DNA from: Flavobacteriales bacterium
GTDB lineage: Bacteria; Bacteroidota; Bacteroidia; Flavobacteriales_F; PHOS-HE28
DNA length: 64,000 nt
NCBI GenBank assembly: GCA_041749915.1
Contig: JBGTAJ010000048.1
Coordinates: 17,844-81,843 of the forward strand
Direction of reading: 5' to 3'
Shown here: in pieces, positions 57,600 through 64,000 of the stretch
Layout: each line of letters opens with the position of its first letter
Position numbering within the stretch: position 1 is the first letter of the stretch
Program-made: the position numbers and the translations under genes
Notes under the pieces: generated by a model
The model's input: the letters and a program-made list of their open reading frames with translations, nothing else
What the model was told of the DNA's origin: nothing
Database searches by the model: none

Positions 57600-58075
57600 A
57601 ACCACGGATGCACACGGATGGACACGGATAAATGCCTGATCGGATCAAAGTACCACCCGCTCCCATGTCAGCTTGGCTCGCTTGAAGTTGATGATCAGCC
57701 CCACCCGGAGCCCGGTGAGACCAAGGTAGTTGAGCATCTGTCCTTTCTCATGGTCTCCGATCCTGTCGATGGTCTTTGTATCCACCACCACCCTGTTCCG
57801 AACGATCAGGTCGGGGACGAACAGTCCAACTTGTATGCCTTTGTAGACGACATCGAATTGCGGTTGCTGCGTGAACGGTATTCCACGCAGCTTCAGTTCC
57901 ACGGCAAGCGCATTCTCATAGGGTTTCTCCAAGAGCCCATGTCCCAGCACGTTGATCACTTCCATCGAAGCGCCGATGATCTCCTCGGTCTCTGCAGCGA
58001 ATAGAAGTTTGCCTGTATCCATACCTATCCGTGCTTGGTTCAGACATCCGTGTCCATCCGTGTGCATCCGTGGTT
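57600..58075. mobile_element. GxxExxY cassette bounded by a perfect 30-bp inverted repeat
   Basis: AACCACGGATGCACACGGATGGACACGGAT (57600-57629) and its exact reverse complement (58046-58075). Confidence 0.7.
57645..58022 (-). CDS. GxxExxY protein (PD-(D/E)XK nuclease fold)
   Basis: GLLEKPY, PDLIV...VVDTK, QMLNYL, GLIINF. Confidence 0.93.
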   Translation of the reverse strand: MDTGKLLFAAETEEIIGASMEVINVLGHGLLEKPYENALAVELKLRGIPFTQQPQFDVVYKGIQVGLFVPDLIVRNRVVVDTKTIDRIGDHEKGQMLNYLGLTGLRVGLIINFKRAKLTWERVVL

Positions 58076-58083
58076 AATTACCC

Positions 58084-59136
58084 TTAATGACCACGGCCAG
58101 TGAAGGCCCGATTGATCCGCTTCACGAGCGCGGGTCCTTCGTAGATCAAGCCGGTGTAAACCTGCACCAGGTCGGCGCCGGCATCCAGTTTCTCCAGGGC
58201 AGCTTCGGCACTGTCGATGCCGCCTACGCCGATGATCACGAGCGGACGTGGAAGGCGTTCACGCAGGTAACGGACCACCTCGGTGCTGCGCGCACGCACA
58301 GGAGCACCGCTCACGCCGCCCATGCCCATGGCCTCCACTTCGGCTTTGGGTGTGGTCAATGCTTCACGCGAGATGGTGGTGTTGGTGGCGATGACCCCGG
58401 CAATGCCGCTCTCCTTCACCACCGCACAGACATCGTCCAACTGGGCATCCGTCAGGTCGGGCGCGATCTTCAGGAGGATCGGTCTCGAGCACATTTTCCG
58501 ATCTCCTGATCCGCTGATCTTCCGATCCCCCAGTTCCTTCAACCTTCCCAGAATTTCAAGAAGTGGTCCCTTCTCCTGCAGCGCGCGCAGACCGGGGGTG
58601 TTCGGACTGCTCACGTTCACCACGAAATAGTCCACCACGGGGTAAAGGGCCTCGAAGCACTTCACGTAATCGTCCACCGCTGCCTCGTTCGGCGTCACCT
58701 TGTTCTTGCCGATGTTCCCTCCGACGATGATGCCCGGGGTCCGCTTGCGCAGGCGTTCCACGGCCTCCACCACCCCGCCGTTGTTGAACCCCATGCGGTT
58801 GATGAGCGCACGATCGGCAGGCAGTCGGAACAGTCGGGGTGCTTCATTGCCCGGCTGGGGCAAGGGCGTGAGCGTGCCGACCTCGATGAAGCCGAAGCCC
58901 AGGGCCGACAGGGCTTTGACATGTTTCGCATCCTTGTCCATGCCGGCGGCGAGGCCCACGGGCGACGGGAAACGCAATCCCATGACCGTGACCGATGCCT
59001 TGTCCGGTGGGCGTTCCCCGCCTACCAAGGCCAGCAGACCGGGGACCTTGGACGCCAGTTCAAGCAGGTTGAAGGTGAGGTGATGCGCCCGCTCCGGGGA
59101 CAAGCGGAACAACAGCGGGCGGATGAGGGTGTACAT
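58084..59136 (-). CDS. pyrD: Quinone-dependent dihydroorotate dehydrogenase
   Basis: GLAAGMDK, QPGN..PRLFRL, INRMGFNN.G, NVSSPNTPGLR, KIAPDL, ATNTT. Confidence 0.97.
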   Translation of the reverse strand: MYTLIRPLLFRLSPERAHHLTFNLLELASKVPGLLALVGGERPPDKASVTVMGLRFPSPVGLAAGMDKDAKHVKALSALGFGFIEVGTLTPLPQPGNEAPRLFRLPADRALINRMGFNNGGVVEAVERLRKRTPGIIVGGNIGKNKVTPNEAAVDDYVKCFEALYPVVDYFVVNVSSPNTPGLRALQEKGPLLEILGRLKELGDRKISGSGDRKMCSRPILLKIAPDLTDAQLDDVCAVVKESGIAGVIATNTTISREALTTPKAEVEAMGMGGVSGAPVRARSTEVVRYLRERLPRPLVIIGVGGIDSAEAALEKLDAGADLVQVYTGLIYEGPALVKRINRAFTGRGH

Positions 59137-59195
59137 GCGCGGCAAAGCTAGACAGCACGATCGGAGTGGATCCCCGTCCATTCCACCGGGAGCTA

Positions 59196-59299
59196 GTCTT
59201 GTAGGGACGCGATATCGGTAGCAGTTCCGGCACATACGCGAAAACAGAGTCCCGTAGGGACGGCATATGGGTAGCCCCGTAGGGACGGCATATGGGTAC
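59196..59299. repeat. Three GTAG-type REP-like units
   Basis: GTCTTGTAGGGACGCGATATCGGTAG (59196), GTCCCGTAGGGACGGCATATGGGTAG (59249), CCCCGTAGGGACGGCATATGGGTAC (59275). Confidence 0.75.
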
Positions 59300-59319
59300 A
59301 GGGGGCGATGTCCGAGGCC

Positions 59320-61572
59320 TCACATCAGCGTGAACCGGATCCCCAGAAAGCCGCGCACACCTTGCATGGGCGCATACATGTAGCTCGTGTCGAAGCTGTA
59401 TCCGTTGGGGTTGGAAACGGGGTCGTTCGCCTGCCGGTCGAAGGGGTCGAAGGGGCGCATGAGCGGGTCGTCCGGCACGAAATCCAGCAGGTTCTTGACA
59501 CCGCCATAGAGTTCCATCCGGTCGTTCACACGGTGTTTCACCTGCACGTTGATCAACGCATACCAGGGTGAATATTCCGGCCGGAAGTCATTGGGCTGAA
59601 CGGGCAGACGCATCGGGCCATACCACTGTCCGGTAAGGTCCACGCTGGTCGCGGGCGTGAGGTCGATCCCCGCCGTGAAGGTTCCCGACCAGGTGGGTGC
59701 GAATAGCTGCTGCTCCCGCGCGCCCTCCCGGACGGTGAGCACATCCATGTACGTCGCGCCTGCCATGATGCGCAGGGGCTTGCCCACCCGGGCCTCGGCG
59801 TTCAGGCTCACGCCTTGTGCGATGCCCTCACCGTCCAGGTTCGCGTAGAGGATGAGGTCGGGGTCGGTGTCGTAGTCCGGTAGGATCCTGTTGCTGAAGC
59901 GGGTGTGGAACACCGAGCCGTCCAGTGCGAAGAAGCGCTTCTCTCCCACCCATTTGCGCACCACGTTCAAGGTGCCGTTCCAGGAACGTTCGGGGCGCAG
60001 TTCCTCGGTGATCACCACCGTCCGGGAGCCGGTGAGCGCGGCGTGGTCCTCGGTGAAGAGGTTCACCACCCTGTAGCCGGTGCCGAAGCTGGCGCGGACG
60101 GTCCAGCGACCACTGGGCGCGTACTTGTAGGCCACGCGCGGAGCATGCACCAAGCCATGGTCCACATCGTGGTCCAGGCGATAACCGAGCAGGAGCTTGT
60201 GCACCTCGGTCAGCGACCATTCATCCTGTACGAAGAGCCCGGGCATCGGCTTGCGCTGCGGACGGTCGGTGGTGTAGGGCTCATTGCCGCTGGAGGTGGC
60301 GGGCGTGTTGTCGTTGTAGGCCGTGAAACGATACGCCAACCCGGTCAGCACATCGTGCCGAGCTCCCCAACGCCGGTTCCAGAACAGCTGGCCGAAGAAG
60401 ACCTGCTGCACCGCGTCGAATGGCGTGGTGCCGTACCAGCTTTCCTGGTGGTGGCCGTTCATGGAGACCTGCGCCATCACGGTGCCCGGGACGGGGAGCT
60501 GGTACTGCCCGATGAGCTCCCAACGCCGCGTGGCGATCGTCTCACCATAGCGGAGATCGCTGCCCGCGAAGGCCGGTGTCCAATCCATCTCCCCACCCCA
60601 ACGGTCCTCCTGGACATAACGCGCAGCAAGACTGGCGGCCTTGCGGTCGGGTCTGCGGTAGCTGATCTTGTTGAAGATGGAGACCCGCTTCTGCAGGGTC
60701 ATGTCGGTGAAGCCATCGCCGTTGTTGTCGCGCGGCGCATCATAGGCGAAGACGTTGATCCCCGTGAGGTTGCTCACCTTGCCGCGGCGGACCGTGGCCC
60801 CCAGGTCGGCATTGTACTCCTCCCAGGTGGAGCCCATCACATCCACCGACACGCGCGGTGCCAGTGCGGGGTCCTTGGTGATGACGTTGATGATGCCGCC
60901 CATGGCCTCACTGCCATAAAGAGCCGAGCCCGGCCCCTTCACCACCTCCACACGTTCCACGAGGCTGGTGGGGATGCCGCTCAGGCCGTACACGGTGCTC
61001 AGCCCACTCACGATCGGCATGCCGTCGATCAGTACCATCGTGTAAGGGCCTTCCATCCCGTTGATGTGGATGTCGCCCGTGTTGCACACGCTGCAATTGA
61101 TCTGGGGGCGCACGCCGTTCACCATGCCGACCGAGCCGATCAGGGTGGGCTCCGGGTTGCGACGGAAGAGCGCAGGCGTGATCACTTCCACGGGTATCGG
61201 ACTGTCCGCCCGCGACATCTCCTTCATGGTGCCCGTGACCACCACCTCGCCCAGATCATTGGCCGTAGGCTCCATCATCAGGGTGCCCAGATCGAGCACT
61301 TCGTCGGCCACCACCCGAACCGTTCGGCGCAGAGGCAAGTGGCCGAGGTAGCTGACGCCGAGGGTGTAGGTCCCTGGCTCCACAGCGCTGATCAGGAAGC
61401 GCCCCTGAAGGTCGGTGCTGCTCCCGAGCGTGGTCCCTTCCAATGCCACATTGGCACTGATCAGCGCTCCCCCGGCTCCGGTCACCGTTCCGCGGATGGA
61501 ACCATGGCCGGCCAAGGCATCACCGCCCAACAGGAGGCATAGTATGCTGAGGGTTAGCTTGATGGGCTTCAT
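59320..61572 (-). CDS. TonB-dependent receptor, probably for Mn/transition metals
   Basis: Carboxypeptidase-reg-like domain, EVVVTGT TonB box, plug with NCSVC, ERVEVVKGPGSALYGSEAMGG; divergent from a DtxR regulator. Confidence 0.9.
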   Translation of the reverse strand: MKPIKLTLSILCLLLGGDALAGHGSIRGTVTGAGGALISANVALEGTTLGSSTDLQGRFLISAVEPGTYTLGVSYLGHLPLRRTVRVVADEVLDLGTLMMEPTANDLGEVVVTGTMKEMSRADSPIPVEVITPALFRRNPEPTLIGSVGMVNGVRPQINCSVCNTGDIHINGMEGPYTMVLIDGMPIVSGLSTVYGLSGIPTSLVERVEVVKGPGSALYGSEAMGGIINVITKDPALAPRVSVDVMGSTWEEYNADLGATVRRGKVSNLTGINVFAYDAPRDNNGDGFTDMTLQKRVSIFNKISYRRPDRKAASLAARYVQEDRWGGEMDWTPAFAGSDLRYGETIATRRWELIGQYQLPVPGTVMAQVSMNGHHQESWYGTTPFDAVQQVFFGQLFWNRRWGARHDVLTGLAYRFTAYNDNTPATSSGNEPYTTDRPQRKPMPGLFVQDEWSLTEVHKLLLGYRLDHDVDHGLVHAPRVAYKYAPSGRWTVRASFGTGYRVVNLFTEDHAALTGSRTVVITEELRPERSWNGTLNVVRKWVGEKRFFALDGSVFHTRFSNRILPDYDTDPDLILYANLDGEGIAQGVSLNAEARVGKPLRIMAGATYMDVLTVREGAREQQLFAPTWSGTFTAGIDLTPATSVDLTGQWYGPMRLPVQPNDFRPEYSPWYALINVQVKHRVNDRMELYGGVKNLLDFVPDDPLMRPFDPFDRQANDPVSNPNGYSFDTSYMYAPMQGVRGFLGIRFTLM

Positions 61573-61588
61573 GGCTTCGAATGGTCGA

Positions 61589-61636
61589 CAAATGTAGATC
61601 ATAAATTAGACCGGTCTAAAAATAATCTTACCTTCG
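61589..61636. promoter_or_regulatory. DtxR/MntR operator between divergent promoters
   Basis: Perfect palindrome TTAGACCGGTCTAA (61606-61619) flanked by TACATTTG (minus, 61589-96) and TACCTTCG (plus, 61629-36). Confidence 0.8.
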
Positions 61637-61659
61637 CCGCATCAACGCAGCGAACGCCC

Positions 61660-62322
61660 ATGAGAACGAGCGCGGAGGAGAATTACCTCAAGGCCATCTT
61701 CAGTCTGGCTGAACAGAACGGAAAGGGGGCCAGCACAACTGCCATTGCGGCGCACCTGAGGACCAAGGCCTCCTCCGTCACGGACATGGTGAAGCGACTG
61801 AACGAGAAAGGTCTGGTGGACCATCGACCCTATTACGGCGTGTCGCTGACGGACACCGGCACCCAGGTCGCGACGTTGATCGTGCGTAAGCACCGCCTGT
61901 GGGAGACCTTCCTGGTGAACCACCTGAACTACCGGTGGGACGAGGTGCACGACCTGGCCGAGCAGCTGGAGCACATCGATTCGGTCGACCTGCACGACCG
62001 GCTGGACAAGTTCATGGACCACCCCAAGTTCGATCCGCACGGCGACCCCATTCCCGACCGCGAGGGACGCATGGTGGACATGGCGGGGGCCCAGCCCCTT
62101 TCCGAAGTCGCGAAGGACACCTTGGTGCACATCGTGGGTGTGAAGGACTCCTCGCCCGCCTTCCTGAAGCTGCTGGACGGGCTCGGCCTGAAGCTGGGCA
62201 CGCAGCTCACGGTGAACCGGCGTTTCGAGTACGACAACTCGGTGGAGGTGAGCAGCCGTTTCCGGAGCGGACTGCTGCTGAATGAGCAAGTGAGCCTGAA
62301 CCTGACCGTGAAAGCGCTGTGA
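61660..62322 (+). CDS. mntR: DtxR/MntR family metal-dependent repressor with FeoA domain
   Basis: EENYLKAI, SVTDMVKRL, RKHRLWETFL, AEQLEH, DPHGDPIP. Confidence 0.9.
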   Translation: MRTSAEENYLKAIFSLAEQNGKGASTTAIAAHLRTKASSVTDMVKRLNEKGLVDHRPYYGVSLTDTGTQVATLIVRKHRLWETFLVNHLNYRWDEVHDLAEQLEHIDSVDLHDRLDKFMDHPKFDPHGDPIPDREGRMVDMAGAQPLSEVAKDTLVHIVGVKDSSPAFLKLLDGLGLKLGTQLTVNRRFEYDNSVEVSSRFRSGLLLNEQVSLNLTVKAL

Positions 62323-63146
62323 GCATGGAGACCATCATCCAGTACTTCGAGAGCATCGATCCCATCCTGGCCGCATTCCTGGCCACGATGTTCACCTGGG
62401 GCGTGACGGCTGCCGGGGCCTCGGTCGTGTTCTTTTTCAAGACCCTCAGCCGTCGCTGGCTGGACGGTATGCTAGGCTTCACCGGTGGTGTGATGATCGC
62501 CGCCAGCTACTGGAGCCTGCTGGCACCGAGCATCGAGATGAGCGAGCGCATGGGCATGATCCCCTGGCTGCCTCCGGCCGTGGGCTTCGCGCTGGGTGCG
62601 CTCTTCCTCTTCGTGCTGGACAAGTACGTGCCCCACCTGCACATCAACTTCGATCCCTCGGCCAGTGAAGGTCCAAAGACCGAATGGCGGCGCACCACCC
62701 TGCTGATCTTGGCCATCACCCTGCACAACATCCCGGAAGGACTGGCTGTGGGCGTGCTCTTTGGCGGTGTGGCGGCCGGCGTTCCGGAAGCCACCATCGG
62801 TGGCGCCGTGGCACTGGCCCTTGGCATCGGTCTGCAGAACTTCCCCGAAGGCATTGCGGTGAGCATGCCGCTGCGTCGCCTCGGTCTCTCCCGCCGGCGC
62901 AGCTTCTTCTACGGCCAGCTCAGCGCCATCGTGGAACCCATCGCCGGTGTGATCGGCGCCGTCGCAGTGCTGTGGATGCAACCCGTCCTACCCTACGCCT
63001 TGGCCTTTGCCGCCGGCGCGATGATCTACGTGGTCATCGAGGAGGTGATCCCCGAAACACAGGTGGACGGACATTCGGACATCCCCATCCTGGGCTTCAT
63101 CGGCGGCTTCATCGTGATGATGGTGCTGGATGTGGGGCTGGGGTGA
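62319..63146 (+). CDS. ZIP family metal transporter (GufA/ZupT)
   Basis: ITLHNIPEGLAVG, QNFPEG, FAAGAMIYVV.EE.IPE. Confidence 0.93.
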   Translation: MSMETIIQYFESIDPILAAFLATMFTWGVTAAGASVVFFFKTLSRRWLDGMLGFTGGVMIAASYWSLLAPSIEMSERMGMIPWLPPAVGFALGALFLFVLDKYVPHLHINFDPSASEGPKTEWRRTTLLILAITLHNIPEGLAVGVLFGGVAAGVPEATIGGAVALALGIGLQNFPEGIAVSMPLRRLGLSRRRSFFYGQLSAIVEPIAGVIGAVAVLWMQPVLPYALAFAAGAMIYVVIEEVIPETQVDGHSDIPILGFIGGFIVMMVLDVGLG

Positions 63147-63150
63147 GCGT

Positions 63151-63281
63151 TAACGTTTCGCAGCTACCCGAAGGTGGCGATTTCGAAGCATTTCACTGTC
63201 AACCAAGCAGAGACTTTGATAGAAGTACAAAGCTTGACTTAGCCACTGAACCGCCACTTTGGGGTAGGTTCTGTTACCTGC
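63151..63281 (-). repeat. attC-like imperfect palindrome
   Basis: TAAC(63151-54)/GTTA(63273-76) ends; 20-bp arms 63164-83 and 63248-67 with 16 Watson-Crick pairs; cassette gene stop lies inside the GGTAAC box. Confidence 0.7.
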
Positions 63282-63887
63282 TGGCTTCCTTCTCAATTCG
63301 TCCATTTTCTAAAATTCGATACTCGACCTTTCCTGTTGTAATTTTCATACTTCCTTCGATAATGTCCGTTTCTTCTTCATTAAAGTCCCAACGCTTTAAT
63401 GTGTCTCGGACGGTAATTGTTCGGTCAGCATTAAATGTCACATATTCTATTGCTTCATATCCCATGTCTTGACCACTCTTGTCGTAAAGTCCAGTCGAGT
63501 CAATTTATTTCCTTTTAGGTCATATGTAGTCAAGAAGGGTACAAGTCCCCAATCTCCAATTGAGCAGTCAATAATTCCAATTGTATTATCGTCCTTATAG
63601 TAGATTCCTAAGGGTTGGATCGTCCACGTGTGCTTATATTTTTCGAAGGCTTTATTGTCAAAGTTCTTTGAGGTCTCTGGAAGTTGTTCAAGTGGATTAG
63701 CTTCCAAGGGAAGAGGAATCTGGTCGAGTGTTGAAATGTAATTTTCAAAGTCTGAGTTTGTCTGTTCAGTTGCTTTATTAGATTCGGGTGAATTTTCCTT
63801 TTTAGTCGGACTGTCACAACTCCATAAAATGGATAATAAAATTATCGATATGATTAGTTCTCTCATTGTTGTTCAGCTTGCAGGTAA
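63154..63887 (-). mobile_element. Integron-like single gene cassette
   Basis: Sharp GC drop (~35-40%); TAAC at both junctions; GTTACCTGC (63273-81) and GCAGGTAAC (63880-88) would pair in the excised circle. Confidence 0.7.
63274..63866 (-). pseudogene. Frameshifted lipoprotein of unknown function (about 197 aa if repaired)
   Basis: Lipobox LWSC; one extra A in the run near 63503-63505 joins the two track ORFs as ...GNKIDSTGLYDKSGQDMGYEAIEY... Confidence 0.7.
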
Positions 63888-64000
63888 CTCTTAATAAACG
63901 CATTGCGTCTTACCACCCGATACGGCACAATTGAAGCAATACGTCAACTCACTGGCCATTGGGTGGAACTGATCAACAGGCATCATGGCTCACTTGGTCC

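Noticed and set aside
57600-59299. Short repeats as a possible CRISPR array
   Set aside because: There are no unique 25-45 nt spacers between identical repeats and no cas genes; the units are tandem or inverted.
63147-63900. Cassette junction as a Xer/dif (pdif) site or IS end
   Set aside because: It does not fit the 11-6-11 XerC/XerD consensus, and there is no transposase, terminal repeat pair or target duplication; an attC/attI-like layout explains it better.

Overview
High-GC (roughly 60-65% by eye) Bacteroidota chromosome segment, most likely an uncultured Flavobacteriales. The evidence is TAnnTTTG promoters, T9SS cargo and the bamD-rpoZ-coaBC-porD-recN operon. Most of it is housekeeping: dapB, two lepB, fabI, fabG, glmM, iscS, aroE, uvrB, pyrD, kef, a sulfonolipid-type acyltransferase, a small glycosyltransferase cluster and an MntR/ZIP/TonB-receptor metal module. 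The main non-routine signals are: (1) a low-GC, promoterless single-gene cassette at 63154-63887 with integron-like geometry (non-canonical attC-like hairpin, G^TT crossover, attI-like empty site) and no integrase inside the window; (2) a GxxExxY nuclease gene boxed by a perfect 30-bp inverted repeat built of 10-bp units; (3) a lysyl oxidase/dockerin/cohesin-like protein and a lysyl-endopeptidase-type protease that share a ~240-aa C-terminal module, which replaces the T9SS CTD found in two paralogous proteases; (4) a TPR pseudo-caspase coupled to a propeller-sensor adenylate cyclase; (5) palindromic or periodic repeats inserted in frame in two enzymes, an unannotated antitoxin, and many apparently leaderless genes. 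All family calls come from motif recognition; no database searches were run.
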